Part shown: positions 42,423 to 52,423 of the stretch, in pieces | Layout of the letters: each line of letters starts with the position of its first letter | Position numbering within the stretch: the first letter of the stretch is position 1 | DNA from: a bacterium | GTDB taxonomy: Bacteria; Zhuqueibacterota; Zhuqueibacteria; Residuimicrobiales; Krinioviventaceae | Reading direction: 5' to 3' | Length of the DNA stretch: 64,000 bases | Assembly (NCBI GenBank): GCA_963675755.2 | Contig: CAXXMD010000003.1 | Coordinates: 1,568,001-1,632,000, forward strand | Translations under genes and position numbers: made by a program | Notes under the pieces: model-generated | Seen by the model: the letters and a program-made list of their open reading frames with translations, nothing else | Told to the model about the DNA's origin: nothing | The model's database searches: none

Positions 42423-44501
42423 ATGGCTAAAGATATTACACTGATGAGAAATATTGGAATCAGCGCGCACATCGATTCGGGAAAAACAACATTGACCGAA
42501 CGAATATTATTTTACACCAATCGCATTCATGCGATTCATGAAGTACGCGGAAAAGACGGTGTCGGCGCAAAAATGGACTCTATGGAGCTGGAAAAAGAAC
42601 GTGGTATTACCATTTCTTCAGCTTCTACTCATGTGGAGTGGAAAAATCACTCGATTAATATTATTGATACTCCGGGACACGTGGACTTTACTGTTGAGGT
42701 TGAGCGTTCTTTGCGTGTTCTTGATGGAGCTATTCTGGTATTGTGTTCTGTAGGTGGTGTTCAATCACAGTCTATTACTGTTGACCGCCAGATGACACGT
42801 TACAAGGTACCTCGTATTGCATTTATTAATAAATGCGACCGTATGGGTGCTGATCCTGAACGTGTTACTCAGCAGTTGCGCGACAAGCTGAACCACAATG
42901 CAGTAATGATGCAAATTCCTATTGGACTTGAAGAAGGTCATGTTGGTGTTGTTGACCTTGTAACCATGAAGGCCCTTTATTTTGAAGAACCCAACGGTAT
43001 GGTGATTCGTGAGGACGAAATTCCTGCAGAGTTGATGGACACTGCTCTTGAAAAACGTGATATTTTATTGGATACGGTTTCCATGTTCAGTGATGAGTTG
43101 ATGGAAGCGTATCTCGAAGATACTGTTACCGAAGAAATGATTTACGATGCCGTTCGTAAAGGAACCTTGTCTCTTGAATTGACACCGGTATTTATGGGTT
43201 CAGCCTTTAAGAATAAAGGTGTGCAGCCCCTGTTGGATGCTGTTTTAAAATATCTTCCTAATCCCACTCAAATTGAAAATATTGCACTTGATTTGGATAA
43301 TGAAGAAAAAGAAGTTGTATTGGAATCAAGCAGTGAAAAGCCGCTTGTTATGCTTGCCTTTAAACTGGATGATACCCGTTTTGGACAATTGACTTATGTT
43401 CGTATTTACCAGGGTACTATGAATAAAGGTGACGAGATTATCAATGTTCGCTCAGGTCGAAAGATCAGAGTAGGGCGTTTGATTAGGATGCACTCTGATG
43501 AAATGGAAGATATTACAAGCGCACCCGCTGGCGATATTGTTGCCATGTTTGGTGTGGATTGTGCGTCTGGTGATACCTTTACCGGCGGTGGTTTGAATTT
43601 TTCAATGACCTCCATGTTTGTACCTACACCGGTAATTTCTTTGTCTATTATTCCCAAAGACAATAAAGCTGCTGCCAATATGGCAAAAGCAATTAACCGC
43701 TTTTCAAAAGAAGATCCTACCTTTCAGTCATATGTTGATCCGGAAACTGATGAAACTATTATCAGAGGTATGGGTGAGCTTCACCTGGAAGTATATCTGG
43801 AAAGAATGAAGCGTGAATATAATGCAGAGATCGAAACCGGAGCGCCTCAGGTTGCTTATCGTGAAAGTATCTCTCAATCGGCCACTTTTAATTATACACA
43901 TAAAAAGCAGACTGGTGGTGCGGGACAATTCGGTCGTGTTGCCGGTTCTATGGAACCCAACCATGACAGCGATTTTGAATTTGTTGACGAGATCAAGGGT
44001 GGTGTTATTCCCAATGAATACATTCCTTCCTGTCGTAAAGGTTTTGAAATGGCTATGGACAAAGGTCCGGTAACCGGATTCCCCATTGTGGGTGTCAAGA
44101 TCACCATTAATGATGGTGCTTATCACCCGGTTGACTCTTCTGACCAGGCTTTTCAAACTGCTTCACTGTCTGCGTTCCGCGAAGTGTATAACCGTTGTAA
44201 ACCGGTAATTCTTGAACCTATTATGCGCGTGAGCGTTGAAAGTCCTACAGAGTTTCAGGGTGCTATTCTGGCAACTATTAACCAGCGTCGTGGTATTATT
44301 CACAGTGCTACTGAAGATAATGCCTTTACCGTTGTGGATGCTGAAGTACCATTGAGTGAAATGTTTGGATATTCAACTGTATTGCGCTCATCAACCCAGG
44401 GAAAAGCTGAATTTACCATGGAGTTCTCACGTTATCACAAAGTACCTGAATCTATTGCCGAAGAATTGAAAAAACAATTGGCAGAAAAAGATAAAAAATA
44501 G
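42423..44501 (+). CDS. fusA: Elongation factor G (spdEFG1 / mitochondrial EF-G1-like)
   Basis: [23 protein letters not shown]; [15 protein letters not shown] insert; not in an rpsL-rpsG-tuf operon. Confidence 0.95.
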   Translation: MAKDITLMRNIGISAHIDSGKTTLTERILFYTNRIHAIHEVRGKDGVGAKMDSMELEKERGITISSASTHVEWKNHSINIIDTPGHVDFTVEVERSLRVLDGAILVLCSVGGVQSQSITVDRQMTRYKVPRIAFINKCDRMGADPERVTQQLRDKLNHNAVMMQIPIGLEEGHVGVVDLVTMKALYFEEPNGMVIREDEIPAELMDTALEKRDILLDTVSMFSDELMEAYLEDTVTEEMIYDAVRKGTLSLELTPVFMGSAFKNKGVQPLLDAVLKYLPNPTQIENIALDLDNEEKEVVLESSSEKPLVMLAFKLDDTRFGQLTYVRIYQGTMNKGDEIINVRSGRKIRVGRLIRMHSDEMEDITSAPAGDIVAMFGVDCASGDTFTGGGLNFSMTSMFVPTPVISLSIIPKDNKAAANMAKAINRFSKEDPTFQSYVDPETDETIIRGMGELHLEVYLERMKREYNAEIETGAPQVAYRESISQSATFNYTHKKQTGGAGQFGRVAGSMEPNHDSDFEFVDEIKGGVIPNEYIPSCRKGFEMAMDKGPVTGFPIVGVKITINDGAYHPVDSSDQAFQTASLSAFREVYNRCKPVILEPIMRVSVESPTEFQGAILATINQRRGIIHSATEDNAFTVVDAEVPLSEMFGYSTVLRSSTQGKAEFTMEFSRYHKVPESIAEELKKQLAEKDKK

Positions 44502-44573
44502 TAGCGTGATAATGTTTAAATGTGTTTATTATAATAAGAAGAAAAGAATTTAAAAATATACAGAGGCCAATTC

Positions 44574-45284
44574 ATGCTTAAAACCGAATTGATTAAACGC
44601 AGCCCAATCCGGGTCATGGAGAAAACAATCCATGGTGGATTGGGGAAAGGAAATCTGGGGGTGTTTACCGCCAGAAAAGGAGTGGGCAAGACTGCATGCC
44701 TGGTTCACGTTGCAACTGACAAGCTGTTGAACGATAAAAAAGTACTTCATATCTCTTTTTCAGACAATCCGCAGCATATTGAAGGTTGGTACAAACAGGT
44801 GTTCCAGGAAGTCTCGAACGCGTACAAGTTGGAAAATTCGTACGAAATCTTTGACAACACCATGCATTTACGTTTAATTTTGCATTTCAAACAAGACAAT
44901 ACGTCGCTTGATAATGTTAAAGCCCATTTCAAACAGTTTCAAGACAGTCTGGATTTTAATCCTGAAATGGTAATTGTTGATGGATTTCCCTTTGAAGAAG
45001 CTACCCTGGAGCAATTGCAGGAATGGCAGAGCTTTGCAAAAGAACTGGATGCTGAAGTCTGGTTCAGCGCAACATTGCATCGTCATGACCTCAAGTTAGA
45101 TGATCAGGGAGTTCCTGCACCGGTGAACCAGCTCAAAGATATTTTTTCCGTAATCATTATGCTGAATCCTCATGAAGACCATATCGATTTTCAATTGTTA
45201 AAAGACAACGGAAATAAAGACCTTGATAAAATGCGCTTAAAGCTGGATCCCAAAACCATGCTTATCGCGAATCGCCGTGTTTGA
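44574..45284 (+). CDS. Single-domain RecA/KaiC-like P-loop ATPase
   Basis: HGGLGKGNLGVFTARKGVGKT (Walker A), VLHIS, MVIVDG (Walker B), VWFSA. Confidence 0.75.
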   Translation: MLKTELIKRSPIRVMEKTIHGGLGKGNLGVFTARKGVGKTACLVHVATDKLLNDKKVLHISFSDNPQHIEGWYKQVFQEVSNAYKLENSYEIFDNTMHLRLILHFKQDNTSLDNVKAHFKQFQDSLDFNPEMVIVDGFPFEEATLEQLQEWQSFAKELDAEVWFSATLHRHDLKLDDQGVPAPVNQLKDIFSVIIMLNPHEDHIDFQLLKDNGNKDLDKMRLKLDPKTMLIANRRV

Positions 45285-45306
45285 TCCGTGTTTACATAGA
45301 AATATT

Positions 45307-45335
45307 AAAAAACCCGCCTTTGAGCGGGTTTTTTT
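45307..45335 (+). terminator. Rho-independent terminator, probably bidirectional
   Basis: AAAAAACCCGC-CTTTGA-GCGGGTTTTTTT. Confidence 0.85.
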
Positions 45336-45433
45336 GTGTCTGAATTAAAATTTGCAGAGTTGAAAAAGTTAGGGATTGCAATTTACCCGGTACTTTTGAG
45401 GTGCCGGGCGACTATTGTATATTTTTGTTATAA

Positions 45434-47200
45434 TCAATGATTCATTAGCATTTCAAGAAGGGCGTTGGCTACAGCTTCGGGGCCTTTGTATTCCCAACCT
45501 GGAATGCCCAGGCGGGTGCGCATCTGGCCTACAAATAATCCTTTTTCATAGAATTTTTCAAAATAGCCGCGTGCAATTTCGTCATGTTCGGGTTTATACT
45601 GTACAGCGCCAAAGACATTTACAAAATAGCTGTGTACCAGGCCGGTAGAGGTCGTAGTACCTTTGCTCATAGCGGTACCTTCTCTGAAAATTTTAAACGC
45701 CTCATCTGCCGTCTCTATGCGATCAATAATAGGATGGTCTTCATCAATTTCTTCATAGTTGTTGGCATACAATACCATATCCACTTTATAGCCTTCGATA
45801 ACAGTCTCATAAGTGGTTACCGGCAGAACAATGCGCGAATTGACCTGATTGGGACTCATAATAATTGCACGGTCAAGCTGGCCCAGGGCGTAACCCGGCT
45901 GCAGGTCATCCAGGCGTACAAACGCGCCAATCTCGGTACCATATCCTATAATATCACCATTGTCAGCATAATCAAGCGAGCCCATATCGTCGGCAATGAT
46001 GATAATTTCTTCAATATATTCATCACCCAGGGTGCGCAAAGCTTCCAGCATTTCAGATTTACCGGTACCGGTATCTCCCACAATGAGTACGGTTTTACTT
46101 TTGCCCCCTTTGAGCGAAATTTTTACCATAGCACCATGATAGGGCATTTTACCGCGTTTAATCATTTGCACATTATGCAGGGTAAGCATCATTTTCTTTA
46201 GATAGCCAAAATAACCAAATTCAGGTCTGCCCGGCACAGCTGCAGAAAGCATATTGTTCTTTTCATCGTCATAGAAAACTGTTGGCAATTCTGCCAGATC
46301 ATCCAGCTCCTGTCCGGGAACACCATAAAGATAAACCGCGTCAACCGGACGGTTTAAAAAATCATCATCCGCCAGTTCAAATAAGTTACAGAGACTGAAT
46401 CCCAATTCAAAAAATGTTTTATGGAAATATACAATAATGAGCTGCGGTCCAACTTTGGCGGGGTAACCGATCCAATCGTTTTTATCTATTTTTAACAAAT
46501 CAAGCGGGTTTTTTTCAATACGTTGAAACTTGCCGGTTCGTTTGTTCATGGGTGGGTTAAGCAGCAAGGGTGGATTTAAAAGGATCTGTCTGATTATGGG
46601 AATATCACCAAGCTGACCATATACATCATCGGGAAAGTTCAGGTCTTTGGGTAATGCTATGGCTGCTATTTCAGCGCCGGCATGTACCTGACGATAAATA
46701 TTGGGGTGTTTGCCTGTAATATTTTCCTGCACATCACGATAAACTTTACGAATGAGCTGGGTCAGAGATTCTATTGTAGAGTTGAATGTTCGATAAGGCC
46801 GTTGATCAATCACATCGCTCGAAGAGTCACAAACAATAAAGCGTTCGTAACCACGCCAAAAGTTATAGAGTCCTTCAACAAAGGCAGCCAGTTGCTGTGG
46901 ATTTTTAATAAATTTATCAGAACCTTCTACCACTTTGGGTACCAGATCAAGATTCATTTTTGACAAAAAGACCAACGTCTGCTGCATGGTTTTGGTGTCA
47001 GCGGATTTGATTTCTTTTGGCATTTTGTCAAACATTTTAAGCAGGGGAGATTCGTGTTCTACCAGGTGTTTCATGTACCGATCAAGAATCTCTTTAAAGA
47101 GATTGCTGTTTATTAACTCGTCAGCGTTTGCACAAACCTGATTTTTGATGTTAATAATAACTTTATTGTCCACAATACTGTAATTCACGTTAACTTGCAT
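45434..47200 (-). CDS. PEP carboxykinase/HPr-kinase-fold protein (atypical PEPCK family)
   Basis: FGYLKK, PYHGAM, GDTGTGKSE Walker A, IADDMG, GTEIGAF. Confidence 0.7.
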   Translation of the reverse strand: MQVNVNYSIVDNKVIINIKNQVCANADELINSNLFKEILDRYMKHLVEHESPLLKMFDKMPKEIKSADTKTMQQTLVFLSKMNLDLVPKVVEGSDKFIKNPQQLAAFVEGLYNFWRGYERFIVCDSSSDVIDQRPYRTFNSTIESLTQLIRKVYRDVQENITGKHPNIYRQVHAGAEIAAIALPKDLNFPDDVYGQLGDIPIIRQILLNPPLLLNPPMNKRTGKFQRIEKNPLDLLKIDKNDWIGYPAKVGPQLIIVYFHKTFFELGFSLCNLFELADDDFLNRPVDAVYLYGVPGQELDDLAELPTVFYDDEKNNMLSAAVPGRPEFGYFGYLKKMMLTLHNVQMIKRGKMPYHGAMVKISLKGGKSKTVLIVGDTGTGKSEMLEALRTLGDEYIEEIIIIADDMGSLDYADNGDIIGYGTEIGAFVRLDDLQPGYALGQLDRAIIMSPNQVNSRIVLPVTTYETVIEGYKVDMVLYANNYEEIDEDHPIIDRIETADEAFKIFREGTAMSKGTTTSTGLVHSYFVNVFGAVQYKPEHDEIARGYFEKFYEKGLFVGQMRTRLGIPGWEYKGPEAVANALLEMLMNH

Positions 47201-47458
47201 CTTGTTGCCTCACGAAAGTTTGTTTTCGGGTCAAATCTCTGAAAAATTAAGATCTGGATGTTATACTATTACGAAATATTGTAAAGCAATATTCCAAAAA
47301 AATTTACCGTAACAAATTTATGTTCCTGTTATCGGGGTTTGGTGCCGGCAGGAATGTTAAAAATACATACAGGCACACAATGAATATCCGCACTGGCAGA
47401 AATTCGCTTCAATACGAATAGTGGAACAAATATAATAAAAAAATTATTCACATTCAAT

Positions 47459-47532
47459 AAAAAACGCAGATAGTCATTTATTGGATGCTTAGGGGGGTCA
47501 GCATCCAAAGGAGGGGTATGACCATCTGCGTT
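47459..47532 (-). ncRNA. Candidate small RNA or attenuator with C-rich, anti-SD loops
   Basis: Minus strand: AACGCAGATGGTCAT / ATGACTATCTGCGTT stem, ACCCCTCCT bulge, TTGGATGCT / AGCATCCAA stem, GACCCCCCTA loop, then U-tract. Confidence 0.5.
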
Positions 47533-47682
47533 CAATATATTTAACAAAACCTTTTTATACTTTGTTCCCCCAAAGAAAATCGGGTTTAATTTCATATATA
47601 TGTAAATTTATTGTGAATTCATTTTGATTTAAGGATGAAATTAAATATTTTTGAATAAACACATGTTACAAGGGTATATGAT

Positions 47683-48090
47683 ATGCAGAATAGTATTTTT
47701 TCTACAACACTTCAAGTACGTGTTGGGGATGTAAATTACGGTGGTCATTTGGGTAACGATACGGTTTTACTCTATTTTCAGGAAGCGCGTATTCGTTTTC
47801 TGGCTGAATATGGCTTGACAGAAAAAGATATTGGTGACAGTGTTTCCCTTATTCAAACGGAATCACTTGTACAATACAAGGGTGAGGCCTTTATGGGCGA
47901 TGAGCTGACGATCTACATTGCCTGCTCCGAAGCAGCTAAAATTAAGTTTACGTTGTTGTATGAAATAATTCGAGAATCAGATGATCGGACCATAGCAACC
48001 GGGCATACTATATTGGCTGGTTTTGATTATGAAAAACGTAAACCTGCTAAATTACCCGAATCGTTTAAAAAAGTGCTGTCTGTTCAATAA
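47683..48090 (+). CDS. Hot-dog-fold acyl-CoA thioesterase
   Basis: VRVGDVNYGGHLGN, FQEAR, YKGEAFMGD. Confidence 0.9.
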   Translation: MQNSIFSTTLQVRVGDVNYGGHLGNDTVLLYFQEARIRFLAEYGLTEKDIGDSVSLIQTESLVQYKGEAFMGDELTIYIACSEAAKIKFTLLYEIIRESDDRTIATGHTILAGFDYEKRKPAKLPESFKKVLSVQ

Positions 48091-48154
48091 AATATGAATC
48101 TTTTTATATTAAATGATGTAAAAGATGTGGATAAAAGATGAATTGGGATTTATT

Positions 48155-48940
48155 ATGAAAAAAGTTACCAGTATAGTATTATTGATTTTTATAATTACAG
48201 CGCCCCTGTTTGCGGAGTTTAACTTTCCGCAAAAACGTGGAGCGGTGAATGATTTTGCCGATATTATCTCTCCCTCAGCGGAACAAAAGATAGAAGCCCT
48301 GGCAATAGAAGTCTTTAATAAAACCCATGTGGCAATTGTTTGTGTAACCATGAAAACCATTGGTGATGAAGATTATAACGATTATGCCAACAGGTTGTAT
48401 GAGAATTGGGGAATTGGGGTTAAGGGAGAAGATAAAGGTATTTTGATCTTTAATGTTGTTGACCAACGCAAAGTTCGCATTGAAGTGGGTTATGGCGTTG
48501 AAGGTTTTATACCTGATGCTTTGGCAGGAGATGTCTGGCGCGATGTTATGCTGCCGCATTTCAGAAATAATGATATTGATGGCGGTTTTATAGCCGGTGT
48601 TTCTTCCTTTGCCGCGCTGATAGCCAAAGAATACAATGTAAGTTTTACCGGTACAGAGTACCATCCATCCCAAAAATTACAGCGAAAAAGTTCGGGCAAA
48701 CGCAGCAATCCTTTTTGCACGCTGATTGGTTTGATCATTTTATTCTCGATATTAGGCGGAGGTAGACGCGGAGGCGGCGGAATGATACCCTGGCTGATTT
48801 TGGGATCGATGATGAACAGCGGTCGTAGCAGCGGTGGTGGATTTGGTGGCGGCTTTGGCGGCGGTGGCAGCTTTGGCGGTGGTTTTGGCGGCTTTGGTGG
48901 CGGAATGAGCGGCGGCGGTGGTGCCGGTGGCGGATATTAA
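48155..48940 (+). CDS. TPM domain (DUF477/YgcG-like) membrane protein with Gly-rich tail
   Basis: VNDFADII, WGIGVKGEDKGIL, RIEVGYGVEG, GGFGGG tail. Confidence 0.9.
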   Translation: MKKVTSIVLLIFIITAPLFAEFNFPQKRGAVNDFADIISPSAEQKIEALAIEVFNKTHVAIVCVTMKTIGDEDYNDYANRLYENWGIGVKGEDKGILIFNVVDQRKVRIEVGYGVEGFIPDALAGDVWRDVMLPHFRNNDIDGGFIAGVSSFAALIAKEYNVSFTGTEYHPSQKLQRKSSGKRSNPFCTLIGLIILFSILGGGRRGGGGMIPWLILGSMMNSGRSSGGGFGGGFGGGGSFGGGFGGFGGGMSGGGGAGGGY

Positions 48941-48975
48941 TTTTAAAATTTTAAATAGAAAATGGAGGCCTTTAC

Positions 48976-49701
48976 ATGTCTAAAATACCTCAAACTCCTG
49001 AAGAGATTTTTCCCGAGTTTACGCAAGACATCCAGTCTGTTTTTGGCGACGAGGTTGTATCTATAGCTTTATACGGCAGCGGGGCCAAAGGCGAGTATCA
49101 ATACAAAAAATCTGATATTAATTTTTTGGTTGTGCTGAGTGAAACAGGTATTCAAAAGCTAAGCAAGTCCTTTGATTTGGTAAAACGTTGGAGCAAACGG
49201 TTTGTATCGGTACCGTTGTTTGTGACCGAGAATTATATTCAATCCTCTCTGGACAGTTTTCCCATAGAGTTTTTGAATATGAAAATGTATCATAAACCTG
49301 TTTTTGGTAAAGATATCCTTTCAGGAATAGAGATATCTAAAACAGATTTACGTTTGAAATGTGAAGAGCAGGTCAAAGGCAAGTTACTGCATTTACGTAA
49401 AAACTTTATGCTGACTGTGGGTAAAAAAGACGCATTGATTGAAATGCTTTCTATAACAATACCTACCTTTGCATCAATTTTTACTGCTTTGCTTGAATTA
49501 AAGGATATTGATACACCAAAGCATAAAGATGAAACGTTGTTAAAAACTGCCGAGGTGTTTGGGCTAGATAAACAGGTTTTTCAGGAAATTATCAGTGTGT
49601 GGAGTAAGACATCAAAACACTCTACCGCGGAATTAGTTGAATTGACAGAACGTTACATAGAAGAAATTAGAAAATTGAGTAATATTGTAGACCAATTATA
49701 A
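48976..49701 (+). CDS. Nucleotidyltransferase-fold protein
   Basis: LYGSGAKGEY..SDINFLVV, SLDSFPIEF. Confidence 0.7.
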   Translation: MSKIPQTPEEIFPEFTQDIQSVFGDEVVSIALYGSGAKGEYQYKKSDINFLVVLSETGIQKLSKSFDLVKRWSKRFVSVPLFVTENYIQSSLDSFPIEFLNMKMYHKPVFGKDILSGIEISKTDLRLKCEEQVKGKLLHLRKNFMLTVGKKDALIEMLSITIPTFASIFTALLELKDIDTPKHKDETLLKTAEVFGLDKQVFQEIISVWSKTSKHSTAELVELTERYIEEIRKLSNIVDQL

Positions 49702-49720
49702 AGTAAACAGGAGAGCATGA

Positions 49721-50338
49721 ATGTCTAAAGGTATGAAAATTGGATGCGGTGCATTGATCGTCATCCTTGTTATTGGATTTATCCTTGTTGGAATGTTCAA
49801 GAATATGTACAATGGGCTGGTCCAACTGGATGAACAGGTGAACGGAAACTGGGCCCAGGTTGAGAACGTTCTGCAAAGACGGTTTGATTTGATTCCTAAC
49901 CTTGTTGAAACCGTTAAAGGATATGCAAGCCACGAACGGGAAACCCTTGAAGCTGTTGTACAGGCACGTGCCAATGCGACTCGACCAAATATAAATGCGG
50001 AAGGATTGATTAATAATCCGCAACAGATGGAACAGTTTTCACAGGCACAAAATAGCCTTACCCAGGCTCTGGGACGATTGATGGTGGTGGTTGAAAGGTA
50101 TCCCGAGTTAAAAGCCAATGAGAACTTTATCCGCTTACAGGACGAGTTGGCTGGAACGGAAAACCGCATTGCGGTAGAGCGGAGACGTTTTAACGAATCT
50201 GTTCAGGCTTTTAACCGCAAGATCCGTATGTTTCCCACCAATATATTTGCCGGTATGTTTGGATTCCAACAGCGAGCTTATTTTGAGGCGCCTGAGGAAG
50301 CTCAGCAAGCCCCAAAAGTGGATTTTGGAAATAAATAA
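49721..50338 (+). CDS. lemA: LemA family protein
   Basis: LQRRFDLIPNLVETVKGY, ERYPELKAN, ENRIAVERRRFN. Confidence 0.95.
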   Translation: MSKGMKIGCGALIVILVIGFILVGMFKNMYNGLVQLDEQVNGNWAQVENVLQRRFDLIPNLVETVKGYASHERETLEAVVQARANATRPNINAEGLINNPQQMEQFSQAQNSLTQALGRLMVVVERYPELKANENFIRLQDELAGTENRIAVERRRFNESVQAFNRKIRMFPTNIFAGMFGFQQRAYFEAPEEAQQAPKVDFGNK

Positions 50339-50353
50339 TCTGAATTTTTGATT

Positions 50354-50386
50354 AAAGCCCGGGTTGATTCAGCTCGGGCTTTTTTT
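50354..50386 (+). terminator. Rho-independent terminator of the lemA operon
   Basis: AAAGCCCGGGTT-GATTC-AGCTCGGGCTTTTTTT. Confidence 0.8.
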
Positions 50387-50392
50387 ATGTGA

Positions 50393-50452
50393 TAAACGCG
50401 CGGTTTGTTTTCCTGATGTCGTTGCTAACCATTGAGACAAACCGCGCGTTTA
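50393..50452. repeat. 16-bp perfect inverted repeat with 28-nt spacer
   Basis: TAAACGCGCGGTTTGT ... ACAAACCGCGCGTTTA. Confidence 0.75.
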
Positions 50453-50460
50453 TTTAAGAG

Positions 50461-51498
50461 TCATAGTTCTATTTTATCTATCAGTGATAGACCGGAAAAC
50501 AGAAACGAGAAGATGATCTTCATCTGGTCTTTAACCGCCATGGGTTTGATTCCCAGCATAATTGCTTCTTTTTCGATGCGTTCCGGGTTGCCATCTCTGC
50601 GCCAAATGTCAAATTGTTCGCGCCATTTTTGTGTTATGCTCGTTTGACTGATGTTGGGATCAAGTGTTGGTGGTACGAGAAACAGTGGTGTTTCAGAAAC
50701 CAGTGTCAGGGTATCTCCGCTAATGGAACGGATGGCTTCCATAGAACTGGGGCGGAATTTTGAAGCCATTTCCGGTTCGTTTATACCCATAAAATATTCT
50801 TTCATGTATTTAGAGTCCGGGCGTGTACTGAATCCTTTGGTAATTCGCATAAATCCTTTTTCACCTTTGCGATTACTGTCATTCAGCCGATAACCCAGCT
50901 CTTCTGTTAGCGCAGTGCAGGTTTCGATGATTGGTTTGCTTCTGCTGATCCATGTTGGGTCTATCAAAAACCAGGGGCCTTCACCAAACAGCATTCCATG
51001 ACATGACATGTGCAGCTGAAAAGGATTTTCAGCAGTTTCCCACCAACGATAGATTGCTTTATTCTCAGGACGCGCGTGTTTGTCGTGCTGATCTATGGGA
51101 AAGCCAAATTCCATATCATCGCCCGGAGCTTCACGTACCGCAGACAACAAATAGTTGGACAGTTGGTAAAAGCCATTTCCTTTTGCGGTCCAAATGGCGT
51201 TATTTAATTCTCCATCGGGATTGCCATGCGGGATGATCCACCAGGTAAATTTTGTTAATAGCATATGATTGTTTGGCAGCATACGTAAAAAAGTGGTGAA
51301 ATGCCGTAAGAATCGGGGACCCACAGGTTCATCCGCATGTAATCCGCCAATAAGGCTGATGTTCAGTGGACCCGAACCCATACGAAAAGCCTGAATAGGT
51401 TGACCTTTGCGTGAATAACCGATTGTTTCTCCATCTGTTACTGCGGGATGGGGTGTAGATATCATATATTCAAATAATGTGTTGTTCATGTCCATCAC
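50461..51498 (-). CDS. M14 family zinc carboxypeptidase-like protein
   Basis: IGYSRKGQPI, GLHADE (HxxE), NPDG, PENKA, LHMSCH. Confidence 0.8.
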   Translation of the reverse strand: MMDMNNTLFEYMISTPHPAVTDGETIGYSRKGQPIQAFRMGSGPLNISLIGGLHADEPVGPRFLRHFTTFLRMLPNNHMLLTKFTWWIIPHGNPDGELNNAIWTAKGNGFYQLSNYLLSAVREAPGDDMEFGFPIDQHDKHARPENKAIYRWWETAENPFQLHMSCHGMLFGEGPWFLIDPTWISRSKPIIETCTALTEELGYRLNDSNRKGEKGFMRITKGFSTRPDSKYMKEYFMGINEPEMASKFRPSSMEAIRSISGDTLTLVSETPLFLVPPTLDPNISQTSITQKWREQFDIWRRDGNPERIEKEAIMLGIKPMAVKDQMKIIFSFLFSGLSLIDKIEL

Positions 51499-51583
51499 TT
51501 TTAGTTTGACTGTCTTTATATTAAACTCGTAAAATAAACAGGTGTTCCGTTTTGACGGAAATGTTATTCAAAAGAGGTGATTT

Positions 51584-52000
51584 ATGCTCAAAATATTAAA
51601 CACGCGTGTTACGCTTGCAGATGTATCTATACTCTTGTTGAGACTCTGGTTAGGATCAATGATGATTTTTCATGGTTATAAAAAAGTTTTTGGTAATATG
51701 GAACGTTTTGTGGGAGGCGTGGCTGATCTGGGTTTTCCGTTTCCTGAATTTTTTGCCTATGCAGCGGCGTTTAGTGAGTTTTTAGGTGGTATTTTCATCA
51801 TATTGGGTCTGTTTTTTAGACCGGTGTTGTTGTTCGTAATAATAACCATGCTCGTAGCTGTTTTTGGAGCCCATGCTGACGATCCTTTTGGTAGAAAAGA
51901 ACTGCCATTAACATTTGCATTCATTTCTGCTGCAACATTACTTACAGGTCCCGGAAAATTCAGCCTGGATGCGCTAATAGTTCGATTATTTAAAAGGTAA
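51584..52000 (+). CDS. DoxX family membrane protein
   Basis: LLLRLWLG..HGYKK, EFLGG..LGLFFR, GPGKFSLD. Confidence 0.92.
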   Translation: MLKILNTRVTLADVSILLLRLWLGSMMIFHGYKKVFGNMERFVGGVADLGFPFPEFFAYAAAFSEFLGGIFIILGLFFRPVLLFVIITMLVAVFGAHADDPFGRKELPLTFAFISAATLLTGPGKFSLDALIVRLFKR

Positions 52001-52423
52001 TTTGTTTTAGTATATATAAACATAAAAAACAATAAGCATGATTTGTATTAATGGTTTATTATTGAAAACTTGAATCTAATTTCAAGCGTATTTGCAAATA
52101 ATTAAAGCACGAGAAATTTAGTATTCAATTTTTTTTACAGTGTCGTATTTTTCAAAAAATAATAAGAAATATATGTAATATTATTGTTCTGTATTTAAAG
52201 AATTGATATTATAAAACAAGACCTTTCAGGAACCCCTTCAATCGAGTAGGATTGGTTGTTCTTTGATATCGTCAAATCGTGCTTTATTTTTCTCTCATTC
52301 CTTTAGGTATCCTTTCGTTTTATTTTTCCGCAGATTCTTATTAATCCTCCTGATTTGACAGATATCTTTTAAAAAAACTAACAAATTTGCCTCCTGAATA
52401 ACAGCAAACCTGTGGAGGGTAAT

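Noticed and set aside
47329-47595. 88-aa minus-strand ORF
   Set aside because: No recognisable motif or SD; overlaps a hairpin/U-tract better explained as RNA structure
48820-48935. GGC/GGT-rich low-complexity repeat
   Set aside because: Encodes the ordinary Gly-rich tail of TPM proteins
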